Shown piece after piece: positions 47,854-59,124 of a stretch of 64,000 nt of DNA. Made by a program: the position numbers and the translations under genes. Numbering within the stretch: position 1 is the first letter of the stretch; each line of letters opens with the position of its first letter. The stretch comes from a virus (Duplodnaviria > Caudoviricetes): positions 1 through 64,000 of IMG/VR virus record IMGVR_UViG_2636415473_000002, one strand, 5' to 3'. The notes under the pieces are model-generated. The model did no database searches, had not been told where the DNA came from, and was given only the letters and a program-made list of their open reading frames with translations.

Positions 47854-48561
47854 ATGGATGTTACAACTACATGCAGGAGCATATCAGAACTTTTGCCAGC
47901 AGCACAGCTAGCTTGTAGGTTATTATTCCAGGAATGCTATAAAGCTGGTCTAACAAATATTTTTATCACGGAGACATACCGATCACAAGCACGCCAAGAT
48001 TATCTTTATGAGCAGGGCAGATCAAGGGCTGGAGAGATTGTAACTTGGGCTCGCAGTAGCAACAACCATAGCGGTCGACTTGCTTGGGACATTGCTGTTG
48101 CTCCACCAGCATCATTGTATGATACCAACACATTAAACAAGGTCGGAGCTATCGCGCGCAAATTGGGTATTACATGGGGCGGTGATTGGGAAAAAAACAT
48201 AGACCGTCCACACTTCGAAGTCAAGAAAACGTGGGTAATGCCAACTGGTTATAGCATCGAAGGCGAGATTACGATACCTATTGACTCCAAAACAAAAGTT
48301 AATTTAATCAAAAAGGAGGAACCAAAAGTGGCGGAACGTGATATTAATAAGGTCAGCGATTGGGCAAAAATAGATTGGGAAGTAGCACAAGAAAATGGTT
48401 ACTTTGACGGTGCAAGACCAGGAGCATCAATCACGAGGGAAGAGGCTGCTGTTGTGATTAATAGACTACGAAGCAATTTCCTAAAGTTAATTGGTGAAAG
48501 TAAAGCTGATATAAAGGCTCTTGAAGCAAGGCTGCAGAAATTTGAAAAAGAAGAAAAGTAA
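47854..48561 (+). CDS. Endolysin, M15 L-Ala-D-Glu peptidase (CwlK/Ply500-like)
   Basis: ETYRSQARQ..LY.QGR, H..R.AWDI, WGGDW...DRPHFE. Confidence 0.88.
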   Translation: MDVTTTCRSISELLPAAQLACRLLFQECYKAGLTNIFITETYRSQARQDYLYEQGRSRAGEIVTWARSSNNHSGRLAWDIAVAPPASLYDTNTLNKVGAIARKLGITWGGDWEKNIDRPHFEVKKTWVMPTGYSIEGEITIPIDSKTKVNLIKKEEPKVAERDINKVSDWAKIDWEVAQENGYFDGARPGASITREEAAVVINRLRSNFLKLIGESKADIKALEARLQKFEKEEK

Positions 48562-48666
48562 GGACAAAAAACACTCAATTTATGTTTATTCTTCTAGTTG
48601 AAAGGGAAAAATAATACTACTCCTGCATGTATAGTTGAAAAAGCCCTTCTCTTAATTGAGAGGGGC

Positions 48667-49029
48667 TTATCCTGTTGAATCAATCTGCAAATAAATCCTC
48701 AACAATTCCTCGGTTCTATTCCTTAATCGTGGATTGAAGTAGGTGTGATGTTCTTCAACACCTTTGTATATAAATGAGTACATTGTGAAATCGGCATCTC
48801 TTTTAATTTCTTCTAGTTCCATTTTTTCCTTACGCAAATAGTTCCCGGCAATTTTTAAATCCTTCCGTACAGCCTTAATTGCATTCTCAACTATATCCAC
48901 ATAGGGTGATTTTATTTTAAAAGATCCTTGTTCAATCAAAACTTTATCTCGTTCCAGTATTTTAAGCAGCATTGGTAAATACAAAGCTGTTTCTATAATC
49001 TCTCTGTCATTATCAGGAATCCTAGTCAT
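48667..49029 (-). CDS. Conserved Bacillus hypothetical protein
   Basis: ALYLPMLL.ILERD...PY; coupled to the yolD-like gene. Confidence 0.7.
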   Translation of the reverse strand: MTRIPDNDREIIETALYLPMLLKILERDKVLIEQGSFKIKSPYVDIVENAIKAVRKDLKIAGNYLRKEKMELEEIKRDADFTMYSFIYKGVEEHHTYFNPRLRNRTEELLRIYLQIDSTG

Positions 49030-49282
49030 GGTTATACCTTTCTACAGCTATTATACAATCGAGTTCAATCCTAATTTCCCCACTTAATAAATCTAATATT
49101 AAATACTTCATTTGCCTATCTACTTTGCTAACAATGCCTATATTATTGACTAGATTATCTGCCTTCCAGAAGGTAATACGAACTGGAAGTATGTAATTAA
49201 GGGAATCCATTACGACAATACCGATTTGCTTGAATACTTGCTCATCTAACACCGCATTCATTAAGAGTTCACTTCTTATCAA
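49022..49282 (-). CDS. YolD-like protein
   Basis: LDEQ...VRITFW...G.V.KVD...RIELDCII.V; SOS boxes upstream. Confidence 0.65.
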   Translation of the reverse strand: MIRSELLMNAVLDEQVFKQIGIVVMDSLNYILPVRITFWKADNLVNNIGIVSKVDRQMKYLILDLLSGEIRIELDCIIAVERYNHD

Positions 49283-49311
49283 ATAATCATCTCCTTTATT
49301 ATTATTATATA

Positions 49312-49354
49312 CAAACGAATGTTCGAAAACAACTCGAAATCAAACAAACGTTCG
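49312..49354. promoter_or_regulatory. Two LexA (SOS) boxes between divergent genes
   Basis: Minus-strand reads CGAACATTCGTTTG (49312-49325) and CGAACGTTTGTTTG (49341-49354). Confidence 0.75.
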
Positions 49355-49386
49355 TATAAAGTGATGATAATAAAGGAACTGGTAAA

Positions 49387-49611
49387 ATGTTGGGATTATT
49401 CATGTCGTCACTTGAGAAGCAAATACCTGTTGAAATTATGTATATGAATAACAAGGGAGCCATTACAGATCGTCTAATTATCGTGAAGGGAATAGAGTAT
49501 AATTTCATTCGTGCTTATTGTCTTAAGAAAAGGCAACCAAGAATATTTATAAAAGCCAACATTTTATCAACTGCTAAACCAAGGATAAGAAAAGGGGTAA
49601 ACCATGCTTAG
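49387..49611 (+). CDS. Small WYL-like protein
   Basis: EIMYM...G.ITDR.I...RAYCLKKRQPRIF. Confidence 0.65.
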   Translation: MLGLFMSSLEKQIPVEIMYMNNKGAITDRLIIVKGIEYNFIRAYCLKKRQPRIFIKANILSTAKPRIRKGVNHA

Positions 49612-49739
49612 TGATCTATTTTTGTTTCAATATTACGCTCATATAGAATGTAAGTGTTTTTCCTCACATTATCTTTTTTATACTCCAATAACCATTCTCG
49701 GAGATATAGCTTTAACATTATTTTACTATCATCCAGTTC

Positions 49740-50875
49740 TATATAAATTCATTTAGATTTTCCGACATGTATAACTCCTATTCAATCTTGTCATAATGTC
49801 CTTAAAAAGAGCAGTTAAGGAGTAGAAAAGATGGGAAAAGGACTTCAAATTAAGAACACACATGGCTGGACGGTGGAATGCCTCCAAGCTCACGAAAAAA
49901 CGATTCAGAAAGCATCCATGGCGAGACGAGTAGCGACCATTCGACTTCTCATGCAAGGGGATTATGCCATTCAAGTAGCTGAACTTCTTCATCTGCATCG
50001 TGAAACCATTTCTGAATACGTGAAAAAATTTAACACAGGTGGAATGGAAGGTTTACTTCACCGTGAATATGCACCAGGCAGACGTACCTATTTGTCACCA
50101 GAAGAAGAACAGGAAGTCCGCCAAACCTGGAATTCAGTACACTTTCTGAAGAAGGATACGGCTGTGAATCATGCTGGGATACTCGCATTTTAAAAGAAGT
50201 CCTTGAAGACCGTTTTTCCGTCACCATGACCAGAGGTGGAATTGGCCTACGCATACATTGAAACGTGCAGATCAGAACAAGCAAGAAACCTTTAAACGGC
50301 AACTAGACCTGATAAAAAAAACGCTATAGACGAGTTCGTCTTTTTATACGAAGATGAAAGTCATATTCGTGATTACCAAGCACTTCGGGCGACACGGAGT
50401 ATAAAAGGAAGACAAAACAAATCCTTACCTATGGCCATCGTGCCACCGTGAGTTTATTTGGCTGTGTTCATATCCAAAACGGAGAATTTTTGTGTATGGA
50501 AACGGACCGTTGTGATGCCCAAGCATTTCTTGAATTTCTTCGCTATGTTCTTTCCCGATATGGACATCAACATATTGGGATGATTTTCGATAATGCCCGT
50601 ATTCATCATGCCAAACTGCTTCAGCCATTTTTGAAAGAAAACGAAGATCGTCTGACCTTGTTGTTCTTGCCCCCCGATTCTCCGAATTTACATGCAGTGG
50701 AACGAGTTTGGGGCTGGCTGAAAAAAAGTGTGATCGCTAATCGATTTCATGTGACTCGCGAAGATATACGAAAATCAATTCTCTCATTTTTGGGGTATCT
50801 CCATGAATGCCTGGAAAAAGTACTCCGTCTGATTGGATCGATGGCCATGTCGGAAGTTCAAAATGGACTTATATA
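49740..50875 (+). mobile_element. IS630-family insertion sequence with a disrupted transposase
   Basis: HTH fragment 49831; DDE fragments YEDES, DNARIH, SPNLHAVERVW; imperfect terminal IRs at 49740-49756 and 50859-50875 in TA context. Confidence 0.85.
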
Positions 50876-51262
50876 TATATGAGAATGGGAATAGGAATAG
50901 CGAATACTGCTATTTAATTGATAAAAATATGAAGTTGGGAGTTTATGAGTATGTTGGATTAGAGAAAGAGGAGGTATTAGATGATGGTAAATTAACAAGG
51001 AGAATGTATAAGTTGTTTTACAGGAGGAGAAAGAGTCGATGGGCTGTATCTATATAATATTGAGGGGGAAGTGTACATAATATACCTTATCATGATAAGT
51101 GGCGGGCTGCGGCTGCCTTTTTCTGCTTGAGCTAGTCCTATATAAAGCCTATTAGCGATAATTTACAATCTTTATTTAAAGCTGCAAAGAAAATGCTTCT
51201 TTTTGAAAATTTAATGTTAATATAATTATTAGTAAATCAGCATGAGAATAACAAAATAGGGG

Positions 51263-53008
51263 ATGGCATTAATGAAACAGGGGAAATTTACAGTAGCAAA
51301 GAAATTATACATCGGTTTTATATCGGTGTTACTCATTATGGGTATTTTAGGATGGGTTTCGATTTCTAATATGCTCAGCATGAATGATAAAACAAAAGAA
51401 ATTGCAAATAATTGGTTGCCGGGAACAGCAACAATCAATAACATCAACTATCTTACTGAACATATAACGGCTTTGGAGTATGAATATTTATTAAAACCAA
51501 ATTCACTTGAGCTTAAAAAATTAGAAGAAGAGATGAATAATACTTTTTCAGAGATTGATACTTCATTTGATTATTATGAAAAAACTATCACCTTAGAAGA
51601 GGACAGAAAGAATTTCGATGCTTTAAAAGAAAAATGGAGAAATTATCAAGTTATACATAGTGAATTTATGGAATTAGGTACTAGTGTTAATATCATAAAT
51701 GGAGCAGATAATAATAATGTGACAAAATTAAATTCCATACTGAATGAAGGTAGCATCCTATTTTCTGATATGCAAATTTACTTAGAAAATCTATTGGAGT
51801 TGAACAAAAATCAAGCTTTACAAAGTAGAGATGATAGTAGTGAACTTTTTACTACTTCCTTTAAACTGACCTTAATTTATTTGGCAGTAGGAGTAATCTT
51901 AGGTTTAACGATAGCCTTCGTTGTATCACGTATGATATCAAGACCACTTGAAATGATAACTAAAAATGCAAAAGAAATCGCAAATGGTAATCTAGCAATT
52001 GAAGAGATTAAGATAAAAAATAGAGATGAAATTGGTCAAGTGGCCTCATCATTTAACCAAATGGCTGAAAATTTAAGAGCTATTATCCACGAGATTAATC
52101 TCACATCCGAGCAAGTTGCTTCTTCTTCAGAAGAATTAATGGCTAGTACGGAAGAAACCACTTCTGCCACAAAACAAGTGGTCACATCAATTCAAGAAGT
52201 AGCCAGTAGTGTTGAGGTTCAAGGGGAAAATACAGAAGAAAGTGCTCGATCAATTGGTGAAATATCAATAGGCGTACAAAGTATTGCGGAATCTACATCT
52301 GTGATAGCAGAATCTACAATGGAAACAACAACACAAGCCAATACAGGAAATGTTAATATTCAAAAAGTAGTTGGACAAATGAAGTTAATTTATGGGGCAA
52401 GTAGGGATACTATTACGGTTATGGAAGCACTAGAAAGTAGATCAAAAGGAATCGGACAAATTATCGAAGTCATTACAGGTATTGCGGAACAAACTAACCT
52501 TTTAGCTCTCAATGCAGCAATTGAGTCCGCTAGAGCAGGTGAACATGGGAAAGGATTTGCTGTTGTAGCTGAAGAGGTTAGAAAATTAGCAGAATCCTCT
52601 AAAGTATCGGCAAATCAGATAGCAGAAATCATCAAACTAATTCAAATGGACACTATGAAAGCTGTTGAAATGACAAACACCGGAAATAAGGAAGTACAAA
52701 ATGGTTTAAATTTGGCAGAAGAAACAGGGAAAACATTTAATCAAATATTAAAATCAATAGAAGGTGTCAGTGCTCAAGCACAGGAGCTGTCTGCAATATC
52801 TGAAGAAATGTCCGCAAGTGTAGAACAAGTAAATGCATCTATAGAAGAAGTTGCTCAATTAGCCAAAGTGTCTTCAGGTAATGCGACAGAAATTGCTGCA
52901 GCATCTGAGGAACAATTAGCTACTCTTGAGGAGGTAACTTCTTCTGCTTCATCATTAGCTGATTTGGCAGAGAAATTAAGGGAATTGGTTAGGAAATTTA
53001 AATTATAA
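51263..53008 (+). CDS. Methyl-accepting chemotaxis protein (four-helix sensor, HAMP)
   Basis: Two TM segments; [13 protein letters not shown]; [35 protein letters not shown]. Confidence 0.95.
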   Translation: MALMKQGKFTVAKKLYIGFISVLLIMGILGWVSISNMLSMNDKTKEIANNWLPGTATINNINYLTEHITALEYEYLLKPNSLELKKLEEEMNNTFSEIDTSFDYYEKTITLEEDRKNFDALKEKWRNYQVIHSEFMELGTSVNIINGADNNNVTKLNSILNEGSILFSDMQIYLENLLELNKNQALQSRDDSSELFTTSFKLTLIYLAVGVILGLTIAFVVSRMISRPLEMITKNAKEIANGNLAIEEIKIKNRDEIGQVASSFNQMAENLRAIIHEINLTSEQVASSSEELMASTEETTSATKQVVTSIQEVASSVEVQGENTEESARSIGEISIGVQSIAESTSVIAESTMETTTQANTGNVNIQKVVGQMKLIYGASRDTITVMEALESRSKGIGQIIEVITGIAEQTNLLALNAAIESARAGEHGKGFAVVAEEVRKLAESSKVSANQIAEIIKLIQMDTMKAVEMTNTGNKEVQNGLNLAEETGKTFNQILKSIEGVSAQAQELSAISEEMSASVEQVNASIEEVAQLAKVSSGNATEIAAASEEQLATLEEVTSSASSLADLAEKLRELVRKFKL

Positions 53009-53949
53009 AAGAATAACCCTGTAATAACGAAAACAGAGTTATGAAAGTTGTATCGAAGGGACGAAAAAGTCGTATCGTAAATAGGTGGAATTAGAAAGAA
53101 AATCCTTATAATATAGGGGTTTTCTTTTATTTTAGTCAACTTCAATCGACGGAGCCTTGGGAGAGTATGGCTAGAGGTTGTTTTTAATGGAATATGGTCA
53201 AATTTGGACGATGTGAGGGTAAGATATTGATTGATTATCAAAACTTTTACGATACGATTTCGATAGGATTTGAGGTGAAAATCATAATAAATGGAAAACA
53301 TTAGGGTGGAAATACATATCGAGTCAATTCTTGGTGATGCGGTGTGAATAGAAGTGTTGCACTACGTATACAAACAAACATTCTTGTTTTGGGTGTAAAA
53401 TAGCCCCCCAGTTCCATAAGTAATATCCATTACATACGGTATTCGTTTACTCACCTTAAATCCCCGCCTACAAAACGCAGCATAAACTGGTGCCAGTACA
53501 ATTTTGAAATTTTTACCATATTTCAGATCATAAAATGTACTGACTATTTCTTAATTTTGGTCAAAAGTGGGGTAACAAGTAGTTCGAATATGAAGTGTAC
53601 TATTCAACTAATGCACTGCTATATCTACCGTACTTACCACTATACCTATCACACTAAACGTTCTGTACTAATCTGTAACATACTCAAATTACCCATCCTG
53701 TATCATCAATAGTGATACACTTATGCACATCTTATCCACCGACTGTGCGTAAATAAATATAATAACAAATATTACTATCTATGACAATATATATTTTTAA
53801 CTTTTTCTTAACAAATAAACTAATATAAAACAAAGATAAATTTATATTAGTTTATTTGTTTGATGTGAACAAGACTAACTAGTGTATAACTTGTAATGGC
53901 ACTGGTGAAGTAGATACAGATAATTAATAGGAAAGGAGAATATAACTTT

Positions 53950-54456
53950 ATGACTAAATCAAACTTCTTTTTCTGTTACAACAAACGGGTATCTGACTTT
54001 ATGACTCTAAAGGAATAACATATGTCACTGTAGCTATGGACGTAAAGTCACAAAAGATATTCAGCTTATTCCAGGTCACTCCAGAATTCAAACAGGCTAT
54101 GAACGAATATAAACAACTTAATCAATCTAACTAATTATCCTTTACATAAATCCAATATATAAATCAGGAGGAATAAACATATTGAAACGAGTATCACAAA
54201 AATGGAACTAATAGAGTATTTAGAAAGTATAGTTGGAGAAGTAATACTTACAGCAGTGGACAGAAAAGAATTGATTGCTAAAATTAACGTTAAACAGAAT
54301 GGCAAAATGTTAAAAAATTTAGACATACTGAATTCTGCATTAAGAGAACAAGGTTTAGATTATTACATAAAGCAATTTGAAACGAGTAGAATCGAAAGTG
54401 GTAAAAAGAAGAAGTACAAATCAATATGGAAGGTTATGGAAATTATAGACTTGTAA
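53950..54456 (+). pseudogene. Remnants of phage/satellite genes: a frameshifted small protein and a C-terminal fragment
   Basis: MTKSNFFFCYNKRVSDF... shifts frame at ~54008; strong RBS at ~54167 fused to an apparent C-terminus. Confidence 0.45.
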
Positions 54457-54902
54457 TTCGTTACCCCCCTATTTAGGTGTAAGCTATATATAGAGCATCA
54501 CATCCAATTAAGGGGGTAAAATTACAGACTAACCAAACATTAACCTTTCAACCTAACACGTTGAGAGGTTTTTTACCATAATATTCACTTATCACCACAA
54601 TAGAGATAAGGCCATACACAACGAAAATTAGAAAGGCACTAATTGTTCTTATATGTTGAGAACGCAAAGTTCTTTGCTTATCTCGAATATTAATATTTAA
54701 TTATTCAGAATTATTATTATATCATCGTTAACTACTATTGAAATTTGGGGAAATTTAACGATATATGTTAAGAGGGAGGATTATTCTATTACATATTTAC
54801 AACTTGCAAAAAAGGAGGAATGGAAATTAAAACTAAAATGAGTGTTTTTTCCATTGGTTAACATCTTAAGTTTTTCCATACGAATAATAGGGGGATAATA
54901 CG

Positions 54903-57017
54903 TTGAATTTATTTACGCGGATAATAATAACAGTACTTAGCACAAGTATACTTATCTTTGTTTCAATTATAGGGGTTACTCTTTATAAAACAAATAATTT
55001 AGCAGTTAAGAATGCCAATCAAATTACTATTGCAGAAAGTGAAAAGGATGCAAAATATATCGAATCGGAACTTAATTATTATATGGACACTGTCAGAGTA
55101 TTGGCAACAACATTAGGTTCGATGGTGGAAGGAAATAGGGCGGAAAGAGATCTTGCGAATGCCATTTTGAATAAGACTCTTAAGGAGAACGAACGATTTT
55201 TAGCTATTTGGACAGGTTGGGAACCGAATGCCTTTGATGGGAATGACGCAGAATTCGTTAACTCGATAGGCCATGATGGAACGGGAAGGTTTGTTCCATA
55301 TTGGAGTCGGAAAGATGGGGAAATTAGTGTAAAGGCCTTAGAAGGTTATGACAAACCAGAAGTAGGAGGCTTCTATTTGCGCGCTAAAGACAGTGGGAAG
55401 GAAGTGATTTTAGATCCTTATTCATATGAAGTAAATGGCGAGAAAGTGTTGATGACATCTATTACTGCTCCTATTAAAATTGGTGATGATATAGTGGGAG
55501 TAGTTGGAATTGATATTAGTCTAGATTCTATGCGGAAAATGAATGATACCTTAATTCTTTACGATAGTGGCTTCGGTGCAATTCTATCCAATAACGGAAC
55601 TTTGGTGGCTCATAAATCAAACAAATTAGTTGGGAAAAGCTATTATGAGCTTGAAGGTATAAAGTCAGTGAATGAGATTAAATCTACAGTTGAATCAGGA
55701 AAATCGTTATCAATTAGTGACTTTGACCCTGTAGATAACGGAGATGTTTATAAGACGTTTTCACCCATTAAAATAGGCTCAACAAATACACCATGGTCAC
55801 TAATGATAGCGATTCCAATAAATGAAGTAAAGAAGGAATCCAGAGATTTACTAAATTTGTCCATCATTATTGGTGTAATTGGAATCATAATACTTGCCTT
55901 AGTTATATTTGAGATTGTAAGAAGACTTATCAAACCGATCTTAAAAGTAGTCGAACAAATGAAAGAAATTGCAAGCGGTAATTTAACAGTTGAAGCATTA
56001 GAGATTAAATCAAAAGATGAATTAGGGCAATTAGCACACGCGATGAATGAGATGACTTCAAATACCAGAGTCTTGATTCAAGATGCAGCGGGTATTTCAG
56101 ATCAAGTGGCTGCTTACAGTGAAGAATTAATGACATCCACAAATGAAATAAAAGTTGGAATTGAACAGGTATCTTCAACGATGGAGGAAATGGCGGCAGG
56201 ATCTTCTGATCAAGCACATCATGCCGGTGAAACTATGGAGGAGATTCAACAAGTGGATTATGAAGTTAAACAAATTATTCAATACACGAATGAAATGACG
56301 GATCGTTCGCTAGTAACGAAGGAATCTTCTCAAAAAGGGATACAAAGTGCAGAACAATCGATGCAGGAAATGGAGATTATTGAAGACAAGGTTTCCTCAG
56401 CAGCAAACATTGTTAAAGAATTAGGAGTTAAGTCTGTAGCAATTAATGAAATTCTTAATGTTATCCATGACATTGCTTCCCAAACGAATTTATTAGCACT
56501 AAATGCAGCCATTGAAGCTGCGAGAGCTGGTGAAAATGGCAAGGGGTTTGCGGTAGTAGCTGATGAAGTTAGAAAACTGGCTGAACAGTCTGCCGAATCG
56601 ACAAGCCAAATTTCAAGCATCATCGAAAGTATACAAAAGGAAACCCAAAAAGCTGAACAAGCTATGGTCGAAGTAGTACAGGAAGTGAAGTCTGGTTCCG
56701 AAGTGATTGATAATAGTCGTAAGGCGTTTGATGAAATCGCTAATAATATTACGAAAATGGTCGATCAAATCAACAGCGTGACTGGTGCATCAAGACTCAT
56801 TGAAGAAGAAACAAAAAAAGCGGTAAAAGCTGTGGAGAATATAGTATCAATTACCCAAGAGACCTCTGCTGGTACAGAAGAATTATCTGCTACCATGGAA
56901 CAACAAAATGCATCTATGCAAGAAGTGGATGGTATGGCAAACAGTCTTGCTATAATGGCAGAAGCCTTAGGGAAATCGTTATCAAAGTTCACCTATGATA
57001 ATAAAGGAACATCTTAA
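54903..57017 (+). CDS. Methyl-accepting chemotaxis protein (dCache sensor, HAMP)
   Basis: [28 protein letters not shown]; conserved signalling hairpin. Confidence 0.95.
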   Translation: MNLFTRIIITVLSTSILIFVSIIGVTLYKTNNLAVKNANQITIAESEKDAKYIESELNYYMDTVRVLATTLGSMVEGNRAERDLANAILNKTLKENERFLAIWTGWEPNAFDGNDAEFVNSIGHDGTGRFVPYWSRKDGEISVKALEGYDKPEVGGFYLRAKDSGKEVILDPYSYEVNGEKVLMTSITAPIKIGDDIVGVVGIDISLDSMRKMNDTLILYDSGFGAILSNNGTLVAHKSNKLVGKSYYELEGIKSVNEIKSTVESGKSLSISDFDPVDNGDVYKTFSPIKIGSTNTPWSLMIAIPINEVKKESRDLLNLSIIIGVIGIIILALVIFEIVRRLIKPILKVVEQMKEIASGNLTVEALEIKSKDELGQLAHAMNEMTSNTRVLIQDAAGISDQVAAYSEELMTSTNEIKVGIEQVSSTMEEMAAGSSDQAHHAGETMEEIQQVDYEVKQIIQYTNEMTDRSLVTKESSQKGIQSAEQSMQEMEIIEDKVSSAANIVKELGVKSVAINEILNVIHDIASQTNLLALNAAIEAARAGENGKGFAVVADEVRKLAEQSAESTSQISSIIESIQKETQKAEQAMVEVVQEVKSGSEVIDNSRKAFDEIANNITKMVDQINSVTGASRLIEEETKKAVKAVENIVSITQETSAGTEELSATMEQQNASMQEVDGMANSLAIMAEALGKSLSKFTYDNKGTS

Positions 57018-57230
57018 TTAAATGATCAAATAGAGAGGAAGGTCAGGAGTTTGCGTCTTTTCTCTCTTTATTGTGCAATAAAACTATGATTTCAAATGAA
57101 TATTATAGATAAATTTATAAGTTTTATTTGTGTTATTGGTTTAATTGGCATATAATGGTTTTAAGAAATAAGGAAGCGGAAAATGTGTTATTAAAGATTA
57201 AATTACATAAAATGAACGGATGTTTTAAAA

Positions 57231-58024
57231 ATGACAAATCAAACAGCAACTATCTACTGTCCGGAAATGGGAGACACTAAACCACAAGCACAAATTGAAG
57301 CTAAGTTTTCAGCAATTATGGGGAAGTTCAGAATATCTACGCCATTGGAACTTAAGGGAAGAGGAATCAAGTATCACGACACTTACACGGAACACAATTG
57401 CAATTCACCTAAATTGTATGGACATAACATCTATTATGTAACAATGGCAGCTTATAAGAAATTAGAGCAAGAATATACAAGCGCACAAGAAGTATTGTTA
57501 GATTAATGGCACAAAGAGAGGAGAATTACTATGGATAAAGAATCAGTTGGATCAGCATTTTTCGGTGCGTGTTATCAATTAGGTACTGAACTGCTCTACA
57601 AAGAAGATAAAACACCTGCTGAGAGTCAATTTTTAAAACGTCTCGATATGATAATGAACTATAAAGATAGTGTCAGAGATGAAGCAGAGTGCGCTCAATA
57701 AATTCGCTCTTTTAAATTAATTTGAATATCTCCTTTTCTCCCGACATATCAATAAAAAGTACGAAAAAAGGAGGGGGCTAATTGAAAAAAATTGTGATTG
57801 AAGAACATACAGAATACGCTAAAGTTTACCTAATCGATTTTAATGAAGAGGAACCTATTCGACCTACACAAAAATTAATGTATCAGGAATTAATAACTAA
57901 AATTAATGAACTCATTCAAAAATATAACTTGGAGCCTAATCATAAAATTATCAATGAGCACTATGATGAAAAACGATACCTAGTTGAACGAATAGAACAA
58001 ACGGTGGAAGAATATTACTCATAG
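57231..58024 (+). CDS. Three small hypothetical genes (57231-57506, 57531-57701, 57782-58024)
   Basis: Co-oriented ORFs; clear RBS for the last two. Confidence 0.55.
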
Positions 58025-58164
58025 TGTAGCTCACTGTTCAGTGGGCTTTTCTTATAACTGGCTTCCAATTAATCCTACAATCTAGTAAAATATATCCAAC
58101 ACAGTAAACTCACATAGAAAAGGATTGGTACATTCTGACACCGTTACAAGGTTACATAATTCTC

Positions 58165-58506
58165 TTGGCAGTATTCATTTTAGGTATCGTATTTGATAAA
58201 GTAATTAGAAAAATTTTCAATATCAAAAAAGAAAAGGGAAGATCCTACACACATGCGAATAAAATTCACAAAAGGGGAGAGTGGATAATTGTAATATTAT
58301 TTATAATCGTTTTGTTCTATCGATTATCAGTAGCTTCTATTGAACTAGTTCCTGCTCTATTTACTTATTTCTTTATTCTGTTTGCCTTCAGAGCATTCAT
58401 GGAGTGGAAGTACCAACGTGAAACTAGAAAACACATATTGTCTGTTTCAAGTTTAATACTCCTTGTGATAAGTGGTTTTTGTTTATATGCGTTCAATATA
58501 ATTTAA
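58165..58506 (+). CDS. DUF4181-like membrane protein (5' end possibly damaged)
   Basis: HANKIHKRGE, FRAFMEWKY. Confidence 0.7.
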   Translation: MAVFILGIVFDKVIRKIFNIKKEKGRSYTHANKIHKRGEWIIVILFIIVLFYRLSVASIELVPALFTYFFILFAFRAFMEWKYQRETRKHILSVSSLILLVISGFCLYAFNII

Positions 58507-58641
58507 TTTAAAACAAGCCCATCGTTTAATGGGCTATTTTTGATTATATAAATAAAATGCCTCTTCAAAATAAGTTTTCTGGTTTGGTTAAGCGTATAAA
58601 GGGTATTTGCATACAAACAGCTCAACAGAGGAGGAATAGAA

Positions 58642-59124
58642 ATGAATAAAAGAGTATATGGGATTTTTGATTCGAGTGTAGAAGTGATATCAGCGATCAA
58701 TGAATTGAAGACAATTGGGTATGATGGAAACGAAATTCTACTTGTAACAGACAAAAAAGATAAATGGAAATTTTCCTCAGATGTAAATGTCGTGATGGAT
58801 GAGCCACATGATGAATCATTCATGGAGAAAGTAAAGAATTTCTTTACAGGTGAAAGTGATTCACTGACAGAGGGACTTATCGGTATGGGGCTAACTCGGC
58901 ATAATGCTGCAGCATATTCAGATGATGTAAAAGACGGGAAAACACTAGTGCTTATTGATGAAAACAGTAACATTAGTAGTGGGATAAATCATCCAATTTC
59001 AACCGAACGTAAAAATGGCCCATCAGGTGAAATTATAACAGAGCCCAGTAAGTTGAAAGACCCAGAATTTCATGGAACGGTGCGTCTTGGTGACATCAGG
59101 GGTGATGAGTATAATCGGAGATAA
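58642..59124 (+). CDS. YflT/17M-like general stress protein
   Basis: VYGIFDS..EVISAINELKTIGY, SFMEKVKNFFTG, Y.DDVKDGKTLV. Confidence 0.8.
   Translation: MNKRVYGIFDSSVEVISAINELKTIGYDGNEILLVTDKKDKWKFSSDVNVVMDEPHDESFMEKVKNFFTGESDSLTEGLIGMGLTRHNAAAYSDDVKDGKTLVLIDENSNISSGINHPISTERKNGPSGEIITEPSKLKDPEFHGTVRLGDIRGDEYNRR

Larger units (their letters stand above)
42200..49611. mobile_element. Decayed prophage remnant related to the intact prophage
   Basis: Integrase stub, ArpU, lysis cassette, YolD-like gene; replication and structural modules deleted. Confidence 0.8.

Noticed and set aside
50300-50330. Programmed frameshift making the IS630 transposase active
   Set aside because: The A-run is present, but further frameshifts, stops and an apparent deletion break the gene.
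54631-54680. c-di-GMP-I riboswitch upstream of the second MCP (GGCAC...ACGCAAAG)
   Set aside because: Lacks GGCAAA, the GNRA-capped P2 and a recognisable P3; only partial word matches.
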